From the IMG/VR virus record IMGVR_UViG_3300024303_000011: a stretch of DNA of 64,000 bases; one strand, given 5' to 3'. The translations under genes and the position numbers were made by a program. This DNA is from a virus. Lineage: Duplodnaviria > Heunggongvirae > Uroviricota > Caudoviricetes. Position 1 is the first letter of the stretch, and every line of letters begins with the position of its first letter. The notes beneath the pieces were generated by a model. It ran no database searches. It was not told where the DNA came from and saw nothing but the letters and a program-made list of their open reading frames with translations. Below are positions 32,648 to 44,755 of this stretch, piece after piece.

Positions 32648-35600
32648 TTATGTTGTTTCAATATCGACTTCACAGTGAATTGTTGCGTTATTTTTTATAT
32701 CGTCATGTGTTATTGTTATCTCCTTTTTCCCAATATGTTCGGTATTTTCATTCCAAGCGTTGTCTGCGTTAGAATCTCCTGATGAACGAATCCATTCAAA
32801 TTTAGATTCAGGTATTTCACCTGTTTTATCCGTTCCTTGGTAATATACTCTACAGGTTAGGGTAGTTTTTTGATTTTTATCAGTAAATATAGTTGGTCCA
32901 CTTGATGTAATAACGGTTGACCATCCTGTGGCTTGTTGAAAATCATTGGCTGTGGCAAAAGCACTCTTACCGTCAGATCCTTTGATTTCAACGGATCCAT
33001 CTTTTCCAACTTTAAATGTTCCGCCCTTGCCGCCTATCTCTAGTGATCCACCTTTGATTTCAGAACCCTCAATGTAGCCACCGACAACCGCATCGGCTAA
33101 TAAACCATACATTGTTTCTTGTTTGCCATTTCCTAAGTCAATATTAAACTCTCCAAATACTCCTTTGGCCGTATTCCAGTTGTCATTCGTAAACACTAAT
33201 TTATTGTTGGTTAAAAGAAACTGTTCATTTTCATACGTATCATCCGATCCATCTTTTAATTTTCTTCCAAGTATTCCCTTTTCGTTCCATGTAATTGATT
33301 GCCCGGTAGACGAAGACACAGATAATGCTGCATCTTTTAATCCTTCGGATATTGCTTTATCGAGCGCAGTTGCTTTATCTGCTCCCTTTTGCCACTTACT
33401 TGAACTTGATGCAACGGTTTTACCGGCTTGTACTGCCTGTTGCAACAAATCTGCAGTTTTAGAAATCTCATCTTTCGTTGTAACAAGATCTCCAAATTGA
33501 CAAGAGAAGTCAGATAAGTCTTCGAAGTTTATACTCACTTCAAGTAACCTGGCTCTTTTTACGTATCCATCTCTAATTTTAACACGAACAAAATTGCCAA
33601 GCCTGAATTGTCCTTTTAATGGAGCAAATTCTGGTATTGCCATTATGTTCGCCATAGTGATGCCAAATGATAGCTTTGGTTGAGATATTTTTTTTAGTTC
33701 CTTCTTAGCCTCTTCTAACAGATCTCTTTTAATAGACATCTGTTCTTCTTCTGATTCATATCCTGTTAATATAAAGTTCGAGTCATTATACTCGTCTTCT
33801 CTCATAAATGGAGAAAGCCTAATCAATTCTCCCTCTGTGAAATAATCTTCCATAGAAGACAGCTCAGACAGGCGGTTCATTTGTGCCAGGCATACACCCT
33901 GTGATCTACTGTATGCAATATATGGAGTTCCTCCAGTAACATACACAGCATATTCGTTCTTGTCATTAAAACTCTCTGGCAACATAAATTTTAATATACC
34001 GAATTTGCCACTATATCCGGTTACAGTGAATGTATCAATATTGAAGTAAGTAGATACCGCGCGAGTCAAACCAAGGAAATTTGCGCCATCTTGTTTATCT
34101 TCATATGTAAATTTACCGTCAAGGTCATCTGGCAAAATGTTTCGCATACTCTCAACTTCATAACCATTTTTTAAGTATGTAGCAAGCCGTTGTTTTTCTG
34201 CGAGCACTTCTTGAACTATCTGCAATTTATTATAGTTTTCAATAAAACGTGTATAATTTTCAAAATCGGCTGAGTTGTTAATGAAATTACCGTTGCCATC
34301 TTCATTAACACTATATTCTTCCCATGTCATCTTCCCGTTGCTATCTACCTTTGTACAAATCAATATACGCGCATTTTTACTGCTCGTATCAAGCCATTTG
34401 TCACCAACACTGCCACCTATGGGTTCTTTATCGCTTGCAACACATCGGAATCCTTCTTTAGACATATATCCTTCTGTTTGGGTAATAAATATCTTAGTAT
34501 AGATACCTTGTTTTTCTTGTAATAACCTAATACCATAGGCTGCAACATTATCTTTGACCGTCTCATCTTTAGCGATACATAAATACGCGCCGAGGGTTCC
34601 AATAGATTTAACTTTAAAATCAAATATCTCTGCTCCTGTTTCTGCATAGCTAGACAATCCTAATTCATCTGATGTTAATTCTCCTCTAACCCATTGCCTT
34701 AATGTATATTCATCCGTATGTGATAATCCAGAACTTGCAATGGTTTTTGTGCAGTAAATCTTATAATCAGAATTTTTATAATAAGTAGTATCTTTACCGT
34801 CGATAACTATTGTTGGAGCTTTAATACATTTTACACGAATGGTTACGGAGTCATTGGCGTTATTTTCAAGAGTTAACAAGATATCGTCTGTTTTATCTAT
34901 TTTAGAAATTGTTCCATTATCATCAACACCAACACGATAGAGGCCTAGTTTTTCTTTAAGAGTATTTAGTAATTCCTCTTCACTTAAGCCTGGACTTAAA
35001 TAATATTTTTCTTGCAGCTCGTGAATTCGTTCAGCTGCCTTTTCAGCCTCTTCGATTGCATTTTCTCCCTCAAACATAAAACCAATTTGTAACTTCTCAT
35101 AGTCTTCTATTTCACCATAAATAATTCCACCAGCATAACCTTCAAGTTCATCTGGTGACATAACGTCTCCATTTGGTAAAATAGGGGTAACATTTATAGC
35201 AATTGTTTCATCTTCATTTGAATATGTATGTGTGTACACTGTAGATGTTCCGTCACCAGCATCTGTCCATCCAACGTCAACTAATTTAGAAGACGGTATT
35301 TGTGGACGATTAAATAAATCAACATTGCCGCCCAGTTGAAGCCCTTCCATTTCTTGTATTTCACTATGTGTTAAGGAACTATATGTATTGTTATATGTAC
35401 AATATAGCTTATCAAAAGGATCGCCAATCAATAAGACACGCGGTTCAACAGGAACATGGTTCATCAACTCATTATGCTCATTATATGCCGTAGACCATTG
35501 AGACATGAGATCAGTATACATGTCAGTATATCCATTAACCTCGTCCATGTACTTATTGTACTTAATAGCTAAATCACGGCCTAGCCACGTAGGATCGTTG

Positions 35601-36634
35601 TAAAATGACAAGTTAGTTATATAATTCTGTCCAAGGTTTACGTCTCTGATATCTACACCCTCTCCGCCTGTAACCTTCAGTTTTGTACGAATGTCATCTG
35701 TCGAATAAGACACATCAATAGACGACGCAAGGTTTTCGCGAGAAATAAATACATCAGTATCCCACAATGTCTGCACATTATTATCTGCCGTTATGCCATC
35801 CTCTTCGGTTATATAAAAATTAACTTCTCCATTTATGGAGTCCCATTCCATAGCATATTTGAATGTTTCTGCTGCAGCGTTATATAAGAAGTCATATACA
35901 GCAACGCGTTCTTCGCTGAATGTACGCTCTTGATACCAAAGCTCTTTATCAACATGTCCAATCTTCCACTCTGGTATATGACTGAAAATAATATGCAATA
36001 AACTTAAATCCGGATTGCTTGGCCAATAAAACCTAATATTTGGGTATGCCTTAATATATAAACCTTCATCATATGAAGCAAAAGAATCTGGGTCAACAAT
36101 CTGTACTTCAGTGTACACATACGCCTTATTGCTTGTATATTCTTTTATATAATACCTTTCATATGGATCAAACGCAGTCGGAGCATTTTTATATGGTCTA
36201 TCGATAGAATAACCAACCCCATACTGTTGCATATGGTATATATATTCTAAAGAATCATCTTCACCGGTATTTATTCTAAAATTATCAAGATATTTTGTTG
36301 CGGTCGCATACTCAAGAGAAAATGCAGTAATGGTTTTCGTATCTGATTCTGCTAAATTCTCTTTTACGTCTTGAATAACAAAATGGCCAATACCACGAAT
36401 ATAAATAACTCTTAAAGAATCAAGTAGCAAATAATATGGATTTAGACGCATTTTGCCATCAAGAATATCTATATATGTTTTACTAATTGTAAAAGTTGTT
36501 TCTGAGTAAGTGTTGAATTTAAAAACAGCAGAAAAATCATATGGTTGCAATTCGCCAATAATTGTTTTATCAGGCTGACATAAAAATACTTGCGGTGGAG
36601 TATAATTATCAAATAAATTAGAAGGTAAATTCAT
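32648..36634 (-). CDS. tail tip protein (Tal / prophage tail endopeptidase-like), 1328 aa
   Basis: Follows Dit in canonical siphovirus order. Confidence 0.5.
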   Translation of the reverse strand: MNLPSNLFDNYTPPQVFLCQPDKTIIGELQPYDFSAVFKFNTYSETTFTISKTYIDILDGKMRLNPYYLLLDSLRVIYIRGIGHFVIQDVKENLAESDTKTITAFSLEYATATKYLDNFRINTGEDDSLEYIYHMQQYGVGYSIDRPYKNAPTAFDPYERYYIKEYTSNKAYVYTEVQIVDPDSFASYDEGLYIKAYPNIRFYWPSNPDLSLLHIIFSHIPEWKIGHVDKELWYQERTFSEERVAVYDFLYNAAAETFKYAMEWDSINGEVNFYITEEDGITADNNVQTLWDTDVFISRENLASSIDVSYSTDDIRTKLKVTGGEGVDIRDVNLGQNYITNLSFYNDPTWLGRDLAIKYNKYMDEVNGYTDMYTDLMSQWSTAYNEHNELMNHVPVEPRVLLIGDPFDKLYCTYNNTYSSLTHSEIQEMEGLQLGGNVDLFNRPQIPSSKLVDVGWTDAGDGTSTVYTHTYSNEDETIAINVTPILPNGDVMSPDELEGYAGGIIYGEIEDYEKLQIGFMFEGENAIEEAEKAAERIHELQEKYYLSPGLSEEELLNTLKEKLGLYRVGVDDNGTISKIDKTDDILLTLENNANDSVTIRVKCIKAPTIVIDGKDTTYYKNSDYKIYCTKTIASSGLSHTDEYTLRQWVRGELTSDELGLSSYAETGAEIFDFKVKSIGTLGAYLCIAKDETVKDNVAAYGIRLLQEKQGIYTKIFITQTEGYMSKEGFRCVASDKEPIGGSVGDKWLDTSSKNARILICTKVDSNGKMTWEEYSVNEDGNGNFINNSADFENYTRFIENYNKLQIVQEVLAEKQRLATYLKNGYEVESMRNILPDDLDGKFTYEDKQDGANFLGLTRAVSTYFNIDTFTVTGYSGKFGILKFMLPESFNDKNEYAVYVTGGTPYIAYSRSQGVCLAQMNRLSELSSMEDYFTEGELIRLSPFMREDEYNDSNFILTGYESEEEQMSIKRDLLEEAKKELKKISQPKLSFGITMANIMAIPEFAPLKGQFRLGNFVRVKIRDGYVKRARLLEVSINFEDLSDFSCQFGDLVTTKDEISKTADLLQQAVQAGKTVASSSSKWQKGADKATALDKAISEGLKDAALSVSSSTGQSITWNEKGILGRKLKDGSDDTYENEQFLLTNNKLVFTNDNWNTAKGVFGEFNIDLGNGKQETMYGLLADAVVGGYIEGSEIKGGSLEIGGKGGTFKVGKDGSVEIKGSDGKSAFATANDFQQATGWSTVITSSGPTIFTDKNQKTTLTCRVYYQGTDKTGEIPESKFEWIRSSGDSNADNAWNENTEHIGKKEITITHDDIKNNATIHCEVDIETT

Positions 36635-36645
36635 AACCTACCTCC

Positions 36646-37731
36646 TTATACATTTCCAACTTTAATTGGTTCAACCCATTGGAAAGTTATTGTGCAATCT
36701 CCGGCAACGGTAATGTGGTTTTCTCCGGGAACAAAATAAACCCATTCCCAGTTGAATGAGTCTCCAATTATACGCATAGGCGTTTCGGAACTTGCAATCA
36801 TGCGATTATCTGCATCTATGGTAATAACCTCGTTTTCATAGCAATCAGTTACCACAGATGAGGCTGTTATATCTTGACCGTTTTCATAATAAGTATTTTT
36901 AATCTCAAATCCAGCACCGACTTTTGTTATCTTCTGCCATGCAGGAAGACCACTTTCATTTATAATACACTGATATATGTATCTATCTGTAATGCAAAGA
37001 TAATAACTACCAACCATACTACCATCAAGTCCTTGATCTTCAATATTTGTTGCAAAGACTTTTATTTCGCGCTTTCCGTCATTTACTTTCACATAATATT
37101 TATCATTATATTTATATACAGTATTGTCCAGCATTTCATATGTTTCTGCCATTGGATCTTTGTTTATGGGCAAATATATAGAATCTCCAATTGTCACTTG
37201 AATTTTAGGATATAATGGTTTTTCATATACATCTGTACGGCAATTAATTACAATCTCATTGTCTTCTGCCGTAATTGTTTTTGTTAGTGTTTTTACCGGA
37301 GAGAATGCATACGGAGATATGTTTTCAAAAGTAATAATATATCCTATGATACTTCCGTTTGTGTTTTTGTACTGTTCAACGCCGACTATATTTCCAATTA
37401 GTCTATAACTAATAACTTCGCTGTCGTCTTGATATACGGTTAGTTCTTCTACCGTATTACTTCCAGTAAGCCATGAGATAATTTTTCGATTCTCATACAT
37501 AGTTATTTCTCTATAATCCTGGTGTATCAGTGTGATATTCACATTCATAACGTCTGTATATCGATAACCATGTACATTTCTTCTAGATCCATCGTATAAA
37601 TTGGACGATGTTGTTTCTTTGTTAAAAAATGATTCAACGTTGCCACTTTCTCCCTCGAAGGAAGCGCCGCATATTAAATCAAAGTCTGTATTGAATTTAT
37701 CTCGAAATTTTATTCGATGAGGAACGATCAT
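36646..37731 (-). CDS. distal tail protein (Dit)
   Basis: 361 aa, immediately downstream of tape measure. Confidence 0.5.
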   Translation of the reverse strand: MIVPHRIKFRDKFNTDFDLICGASFEGESGNVESFFNKETTSSNLYDGSRRNVHGYRYTDVMNVNITLIHQDYREITMYENRKIISWLTGSNTVEELTVYQDDSEVISYRLIGNIVGVEQYKNTNGSIIGYIITFENISPYAFSPVKTLTKTITAEDNEIVINCRTDVYEKPLYPKIQVTIGDSIYLPINKDPMAETYEMLDNTVYKYNDKYYVKVNDGKREIKVFATNIEDQGLDGSMVGSYYLCITDRYIYQCIINESGLPAWQKITKVGAGFEIKNTYYENGQDITASSVVTDCYENEVITIDADNRMIASSETPMRIIGDSFNWEWVYFVPGENHITVAGDCTITFQWVEPIKVGNV

Positions 37732-37810
37732 TTAAATCACCTTCCTTAAACTACTTCATAATAGCGTAGTAAAAGGAGGAGATTACTCTCCTCCCATTAC
37801 TACAATAATC

Positions 37811-40800
37811 TTATGTGCTTCCTACTCTTTTCAAATTATAATTCAATTTTCTTGTAAAGTTTTCTAGTTGTTCTGTTATAATCTTCTTTACTTCGGGGAT
37901 GACTTCTTTGCTACAATTATCAATATGCAACAAGCTATCAAATGTTAAATTCGTTTCTGGTTTATTAATCACATTGCTCATCAAGTTGACACCATGAACA
38001 GCGGTAGAAGTGCTATCCATATTAGGATTAAGTTTTCCCCACTCAATCAAGTTTTCAGTGATATCCGCTGGAACAACAGTAGATCCAGCCCTCATATAGG
38101 ACAAAGTACCCTGTGGAGTTGCATACATAACAAGCTCGTCACCGATTTCGTCGGTGATAGCCCAGTCGTCTTTTTTGGTACCGAGGGTACCTTTGGCATA
38201 AAAGGTAACATTCTGATCCCACATTTTTCTATAGACCTTTTCTAAGTGTTCATCTCTGTATCCCTTAGATTTATAATATCTATATGCCTGGGATATAACA
38301 TCTTCTTTGGCATTAGATTTTGCCTGACTCTCTGTACCATACCCCATAGCCGTAAATGTTCCTAACGCCGTTTTCAGCGATGCGGTTACAGTTTTCCATC
38401 CACCACCAGGATTATATCCTCCGCCATCACTGTCCTTACCATTGCCAATATAATTCGGAGTAGTTATGGTAAGTTCTTTTTCAATCTCTGCTCCTATATT
38501 TCTTGCCTTTGTTAGAGCATCATTTAGCTTTTGCTCAACGTGTAAATACCAATTAGTTATAGCGCTTTGAGCGTTATCCCACGGGCTCTTAAGGATGCCC
38601 TCTAAGGTACCATATTGACCTTCTTGTTTGCTCTTTGCGTCTGCTACAGCTTTTTCCAACAACTCTTTTACCTTATCAGAAAATGTAATCACAGATCCAT
38701 TCTCTTTTGTAGGATTTTTCCACGGCTGATCTATATATTTCTGCAGCTCAGGAGATTCGGTAGTCAAGAAATTCTTAATCAAACCAACATATGATTCTAC
38801 GTCGGTCTTAAATTTCCATGCCGCACCAGAGCCAGCACCAAAAGCACTAGACAACAAACCAGGAGCATTTTGTCCGAACAGGGTAATTACGCCACTTTCG
38901 TTAATCAAACTAAGCACACCATCATGCACAGTGTTCTTAAATATAACAGATTCGGTCGATGCATTTATCCATGGATTAATAAGGTTTTCGTTTATGGTAA
39001 AGCCTTTTTCTGTGGACAGGTTTACCAACGTATCAAGAACAACGTCAGCATTCGCCATAACGTTCTGATATGTTTGCTCAACAACCAAATCCGTTTCCTT
39101 AATAGATTCTCTAAGGTTTTCAAGATAATCCATTTTACTCTTTTCAAAAGACTCCATCTCATCGTCAAGAGCCTTTGCCTGAGAATCCATCGCGTGATTA
39201 TAATAAGTATCATCTAACCCTTCTCTGGCGTCTCGCAATTCCGCTTCGAGCTTGATTCTCTCTGCTATTGTTGCAGCGTCCGTACTACCAGACATAGAAG
39301 CAATTCGTCTTTCAAGGGTGCTAATGTCCTTTGTCTGCTTCTGGATATCTTTTCTGAAGTTATAAAGATCTCTTTCGGCGTCAAGTTCTTCTTTCTTCAA
39401 ATCAATTAATTCTTGATATGCCTCGATTTCTTTATTCATACCCTCTTCTATCATATCGATGCGAGCTTCATTCAAATCAATAATTGCATCTTCTGCCGCC
39501 TCGTATGCTTTGATTGCAGACCATTGTGCATCCTTAATTGCCTGTGTATTCTCGTAGTATTTGTCCTGAGAAATTTCTCCCGCATCAAGCAGTCTCTTCT
39601 GTTCCTCTAATTGTTCATTACATTCTTCTATTACCTGCTTTTGCATTTCCATCTCTTGGAATGCTAATCCTGCACGAGAGATACCTTCTGCTGTCCAGGA
39701 GCCATCTTCATATGCGACATCATCATCGGACATTAAATCTGAGATATTATTTAACTCATTGATAGAATCATCAATTCTGCCGATAAGCTGTTCGAATTTC
39801 TCAAATCTACTATCAAGAATCTTCTGTTCCCATTCAAGAACCTTGGTTTGTCCCTCATAAGTTTCGGTTTCAAGCTGAGCTACTTCAAGTAGTTTTGCAT
39901 GATATTGCTCATCGTCTTCTCCTACTTCCCTCTTGAGTCGTTCTAACTCTTCATATTCCCAATTAAGCTGATTTTGATTATCTGCATTGCGAGCACGTTG
40001 TCTTGCAATCATTTCATCATATGCACTTTCTGGGACGTCAATATTGAGCGTCTCAAGTCTGCTGATGTAAGATTCGATATAACCAAGCTGGTTATCAATA
40101 AAGGAACCCTTATTGTCAAATGCCTCTCTTACCTTATCCCAGCCTTCAAGATAAAGATTCTTTAGGTCTTCGTTGAATTGAGCCAAAGCTTTGTCGTTTT
40201 CAAGAATATCCAGTTCAGTTTGATGCATATCTGCTTGCATTTTAATAGCAGCTGCATTTCTATCTTCTTCATATTGTTTTGCCTTTTCAGAGCCCTCTTC
40301 AAACGGATTTGCAGAATTCATAAATTGATCATACAGTTCTTGTTGCGCAGCTAATTTATCAACATTGTTCTGTCTGTCTTCTTGTTCTTTTGCAATAAGA
40401 TCATCATACATATCAGGATGAGCCAGTTCTCCCTGTATGTCGAACAGATCCATATATCCCTCAAGGTATGACTTTGCATCGTCTATAAGTTGGCCTTTAT
40501 CGTCGAACTTTTCTCCAATATTCTCAAAAGCAGTATTATATAGTTCAATGATAGACTTGCGGAACTCAATCATTCGAAGAGTAGATTCTTGGATGGCATG
40601 CTCTACTTCCCAAAGAGCGGCAGCAACTTCGTCGGTCATATCCAACTTTTTCAATGCTTCTCGCTCTTGTTCGTATAGATCAATTTTGTCTTGTTCTAGT
40701 TTTATCTGCTTCTCATAATATGACTTTGAGACACCCTCTTCTTCTGCTTCAAGCTTTTCTATTTCGTTTTCAATGTATGTTTGCTGATTATCAAGGTTTT

Positions 40801-43800
40801 CGATTTGACGCTCATATTTCTTTTGGAGGGCTTCTAAGGCAGCATTTTCGTCTGGGTCACCAGATGTAGAACTTCCTCCGCCATAAAGTGCTTTTGGTAA
40901 ATTTGATATAGTGTGCTCATAAGCAGCAATAGCGGCTTCAATTTGTGACTGAATAGAATTATAATAACTATCTTGTTCTGCCTGAGATAAACCAAGTTCC
41001 GGGTTAGCTAAATTAGTTCTTAGCTCTGCCATTCCAGAAATATTAAATGCGTGTCTAGCATCTGCTGCGCCATACAGTGCACTTGTCAACTCATCTAGTT
41101 TATCAATTTCACCATTTTTTGCAGCATTAGAAGCATTTGTGATAATACTATCAATTTGCTTCTGAGTCATATCGAATATACGAGCTTGGGCAACATTTAA
41201 TATTGCCTGTTTATTGAACTCCAATTGACCCTGCTCATTCATAAGCATGGTCAAATATTTTGGCTCAAGTGACAATAGTGACTGAAGTGTATCGACAGAG
41301 AAGTAGCCCTTTTCGTTATATTCCGTGGCAGCATCCATCAGGGCGTCATAGACGCTTTGAATATCATCAACAGCTTGTTCTGCATTTATTAACTCTATCT
41401 GGAGAGTAAGCCCCATATTATCTAGTGCCTGTTGGTATGTATCTTCCGCATCTTTTGCTTTTTTTTCTGCATCATCGACATTCACATCAACAGGAACATC
41501 AATACTTCCAACTTTCTCTTCCGCTTCTTTAACAGCCTTTTCCGCTTCTTTAACAACTTTTGGATCTACATACTGTACCTCAGTATTCCCATCTGTATAA
41601 TATTCGCCATTATAGGACCAAATACTTAAACTGCCGCCGTCATTAAGCTCTGATCCTACTTCTGAAACTTTCTTAGTTTCTCCTTCTGATTTGACCTTTT
41701 CTAATTCGGATTGCGCGTTTTGCAGTGCTTCTTCTGCCTTTTCTTTTTCATACACTGCTTTTTCATGTTCACTATGCTTTTTAGCGGCTTCGGTTGCAGC
41801 TTGTTTAGCTTTTTCAGCGGTAATAGCTTTTTCGATGGCCAATCTTTCTTCATCGGATAGTGTGATGCCATACTGTTCTTCATACTGTTGCGTGTATTGT
41901 CGGATCAGCTCGTCCTGAGTTTTCCCATCTTCATTTTTATCATTAACAACGGCCTTACCAATTCCAGATATCATTGATGCTCTTTGAAGCGCATCAACAT
42001 AACCCTTTGCATTAGTAACACCAAGACTTTGCAACTGGCCAATTAGAGAAAGGTAATCTTTTATATCAGTGATTGGACCTTTATCAAGACGTGCATTCAT
42101 AAACGCCTCAAGCAATTCTTCTGTCGCCTTTTGAGCATCTTTGGTTGAGGAAGTACCTGTCGCCATTATATCAACATAATTATCCCATGCATCACCAAGA
42201 GATCCAAATGTATCGTACAAAGCGACCAAAGTGTCAGCAGTTACCATGCCTTCTTCTTTAAACTCACCGAAAGCATCCTTTAAAGCACCTATACCATCAG
42301 AAAGAGCACTCACAGATTGAACAACATTATATGTAGCGCCCTCAACGTCTTCTTCTGCTTCTTTCCAATCTAAATAATAATATTTAAGATCGGTAACGGT
42401 TAGGCCCATGTCGTAAAGTCGTTGTTTTGTTTCTGCAAGACTATCATCATTGAATATCTCGTGGAAATCAACCTCTTTACCAGATGCAATGGTATTTTTG
42501 ATTTGCTGATCAATGTCTTTTAACTCTTGGCTTGCTTCAGCACCACCAAATATACGCTCAATAGCACTAGATTTTGCGCCGGTAGTGCCCATAGAGATGC
42601 TATACCTGCTTAACCAGTCAGCATACTCCATCATTTCCTTCTTCTGCTCTTCTGTTGCAGTTTCCCAATCCATGGCATTGTAATTTGCTTGAATCTGAGA
42701 AATGTGTTTTGCCATCTGATTATCATATGTAGTTAATGCTTCTGTTGCCTCATTATATGCTTCTGTGTCTCTATCAGCAAGAGCTTCGTCTTGAGCTTTC
42801 TTGAGCTCTTTACGAGTGGCGATCATATTGTCCATTGCTTCGCCAACGGTTTGCTCAGAATCATAGGAAGCACCTGCTATGGCCTCTCCGGTAATCTTAC
42901 CAAGAGGTCCACCCAACATATTACCTATGCCTGCTCCAGCTGCTAAAGCCACCGGAGTTAAAGTACCTCCAGAGGCCGTAATAATGGCGGCAGCAACTAG
43001 TGCGCCAATTACTGTACCAGCTACTTTACCAATTTCTTCGCCGGTTTCTCCCTTTTTTTCTTGTCTTTCGGTTTTCGTTTGGTCGCTCATAAAGCTAGTA
43101 TTCAGATATGCCTCATTAGCAGCTACCGCCTGGCCATTTGCTGCAGCCTGTTTGCTATCTTGAAGTGTCTTTTTAAGAGCGATTTGTGCTTCGAGTTCTG
43201 CCGTTGCAGACTTGAGCCTTGATAATTCTTCTTGTTCGACATAAGACAGAGAACCTTTACTTGTTAACTCTTCAATTCTCTCGTTAGTATCGTCTAATTC
43301 AGAGTTTAAGTTGCGGATTTCAGATTCAACGTTAGATATTTCGCTTTCGGTTTGTTCTAATTCTTCTTGTAAATCTTCGAACGTTTTTGGCTTAAAAGCA
43401 TCCCAAGCATCACCAATCCAACCACCAATAATGGCGATTGATTCAAGAACTGCCGTCATAGCCATTGAGTAGGCCATCGACTTGAGTATTTCTTTGCCAA
43501 ATTTCGTTACAGAACTCCAAGCAGTTTTGAATCCTGCTTTAAATTTCTGTCCAGCAGTAAGTCCAGCAGTACCAGTTGCATTTGCTTGCTTTTCGACTTT
43601 CTTTAATTCGACATCTGTGTTAATGATCTCTTGGTCTAATTGTGTGATTTGACCTTCCAATTTTTTCGTATTTGCGCTAGCATTATCAAGCTCTTTTGCA
43701 GCATTCTCATAACCAGCGGCCATTCTCGCTGCGGCAAATTCTTCCTGAGCCTGACTGTTTGTCAGTTCATCAGAAAGAGACTGTCTTGTATCTTTTAATG

Positions 43801-44755
43801 ATTTGAGTTTCTTTTCTAAGTTGTCATATTCTTCTATTTGCGGTTCAACAGCCTTCTTGTATTTTTCATATTGTTGTTTTGATTGATCAAAGCGTTTTGC
43901 ATTTTTCTTATTTGGATTCTTTTTATATTTTGCTTCTGCTGTTTTAAGCTCATCTTCCAGTGTCTTCAGATGAGACTTCATATCAGCTATGCTTTCACCA
44001 AATAGACCACCAAATAAGTCTCCATTAAAGTGCTTTTGGATTAGATAAGTGCCAATAGTGAAAATCAGAGTTTTAACTAGTCCAAGTTGGTCAACGACGT
44101 TAATAAGACCAGTGCCAACATCAACAATGATTTTTACCAAATCACTATCCAATGCATTGCTCCACATAGTCTGGACAGAGTTAGTGAATAAGTCTATACG
44201 ACCTTGGATAGAATCAAGGTATTTTTCATTCTCTTCCCATGCGCTGCCTTCGGCTTCCATGGCGGATGCATATGCTTCTTCTAAGTCTTTTGTGTTGGAA
44301 AGGATCGCGGCAGCAGTGTTCGCACGGTTTTTGCCTGCAAGGATTTCCAGTAATGCAGCTTGGTCAATGTCCGATATGTCTTTCCAGACTTTGGAGATTT
44401 CGAGTAAGATGTCGTATGTACTCTTATATGCGCCAGTATCGGTTAGAATATCGACACCGGACAGGGATTTAATTTTTCCGCGAAGTTTACTTTGAGAGGT
44501 GATTGCGCCTGTAGTATCTTCTCCGGCTTCTTCTAACTCCTTAACGCTTGTACCACGTAGACGGAGCGAGATTGTACGCAGGGCACTGCCTACAGAATTT
44601 GGGTCTTGGACTACTCTGTTAGCAGCCGCTATAAGTGCTACTGCTTCTTCATAGCTGTTGTTCGCTGCCATTAATGAGCTTGCTGAATCTTGAAGCGCTG
44701 TTGCTATACCATCCGAACTGATGGCAAAATTGTTCAAAATTTCTGTTACTTTCAC
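37811..44755 (-). CDS. tail tape measure protein, 3' exon (2314 aa; coding probably begins at 44734 after splicing)
   Basis: N-terminus NNFAISSDGIATALQDSASS...GSALRTISLRLRG is the second half of the TP901-type tape-measure core (PhageMin_Tail) motif; long coiled coils. Confidence 0.6.
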   Translation of the reverse strand: MKVTEILNNFAISSDGIATALQDSASSLMAANNSYEEAVALIAAANRVVQDPNSVGSALRTISLRLRGTSVKELEEAGEDTTGAITSQSKLRGKIKSLSGVDILTDTGAYKSTYDILLEISKVWKDISDIDQAALLEILAGKNRANTAAAILSNTKDLEEAYASAMEAEGSAWEENEKYLDSIQGRIDLFTNSVQTMWSNALDSDLVKIIVDVGTGLINVVDQLGLVKTLIFTIGTYLIQKHFNGDLFGGLFGESIADMKSHLKTLEDELKTAEAKYKKNPNKKNAKRFDQSKQQYEKYKKAVEPQIEEYDNLEKKLKSLKDTRQSLSDELTNSQAQEEFAAARMAAGYENAAKELDNASANTKKLEGQITQLDQEIINTDVELKKVEKQANATGTAGLTAGQKFKAGFKTAWSSVTKFGKEILKSMAYSMAMTAVLESIAIIGGWIGDAWDAFKPKTFEDLQEELEQTESEISNVESEIRNLNSELDDTNERIEELTSKGSLSYVEQEELSRLKSATAELEAQIALKKTLQDSKQAAANGQAVAANEAYLNTSFMSDQTKTERQEKKGETGEEIGKVAGTVIGALVAAAIITASGGTLTPVALAAGAGIGNMLGGPLGKITGEAIAGASYDSEQTVGEAMDNMIATRKELKKAQDEALADRDTEAYNEATEALTTYDNQMAKHISQIQANYNAMDWETATEEQKKEMMEYADWLSRYSISMGTTGAKSSAIERIFGGAEASQELKDIDQQIKNTIASGKEVDFHEIFNDDSLAETKQRLYDMGLTVTDLKYYYLDWKEAEEDVEGATYNVVQSVSALSDGIGALKDAFGEFKEEGMVTADTLVALYDTFGSLGDAWDNYVDIMATGTSSTKDAQKATEELLEAFMNARLDKGPITDIKDYLSLIGQLQSLGVTNAKGYVDALQRASMISGIGKAVVNDKNEDGKTQDELIRQYTQQYEEQYGITLSDEERLAIEKAITAEKAKQAATEAAKKHSEHEKAVYEKEKAEEALQNAQSELEKVKSEGETKKVSEVGSELNDGGSLSIWSYNGEYYTDGNTEVQYVDPKVVKEAEKAVKEAEEKVGSIDVPVDVNVDDAEKKAKDAEDTYQQALDNMGLTLQIELINAEQAVDDIQSVYDALMDAATEYNEKGYFSVDTLQSLLSLEPKYLTMLMNEQGQLEFNKQAILNVAQARIFDMTQKQIDSIITNASNAAKNGEIDKLDELTSALYGAADARHAFNISGMAELRTNLANPELGLSQAEQDSYYNSIQSQIEAAIAAYEHTISNLPKALYGGGSSTSGDPDENAALEALQKKYERQIENLDNQQTYIENEIEKLEAEEEGVSKSYYEKQIKLEQDKIDLYEQEREALKKLDMTDEVAAALWEVEHAIQESTLRMIEFRKSIIELYNTAFENIGEKFDDKGQLIDDAKSYLEGYMDLFDIQGELAHPDMYDDLIAKEQEDRQNNVDKLAAQQELYDQFMNSANPFEEGSEKAKQYEEDRNAAAIKMQADMHQTELDILENDKALAQFNEDLKNLYLEGWDKVREAFDNKGSFIDNQLGYIESYISRLETLNIDVPESAYDEMIARQRARNADNQNQLNWEYEELERLKREVGEDDEQYHAKLLEVAQLETETYEGQTKVLEWEQKILDSRFEKFEQLIGRIDDSINELNNISDLMSDDDVAYEDGSWTAEGISRAGLAFQEMEMQKQVIEECNEQLEEQKRLLDAGEISQDKYYENTQAIKDAQWSAIKAYEAAEDAIIDLNEARIDMIEEGMNKEIEAYQELIDLKKEELDAERDLYNFRKDIQKQTKDISTLERRIASMSGSTDAATIAERIKLEAELRDAREGLDDTYYNHAMDSQAKALDDEMESFEKSKMDYLENLRESIKETDLVVEQTYQNVMANADVVLDTLVNLSTEKGFTINENLINPWINASTESVIFKNTVHDGVLSLINESGVITLFGQNAPGLLSSAFGAGSGAAWKFKTDVESYVGLIKNFLTTESPELQKYIDQPWKNPTKENGSVITFSDKVKELLEKAVADAKSKQEGQYGTLEGILKSPWDNAQSAITNWYLHVEQKLNDALTKARNIGAEIEKELTITTPNYIGNGKDSDGGGYNPGGGWKTVTASLKTALGTFTAMGYGTESQAKSNAKEDVISQAYRYYKSKGYRDEHLEKVYRKMWDQNVTFYAKGTLGTKKDDWAITDEIGDELVMYATPQGTLSYMRAGSTVVPADITENLIEWGKLNPNMDSTSTAVHGVNLMSNVINKPETNLTFDSLLHIDNCSKEVIPEVKKIITEQLENFTRKLNYNLKRVGST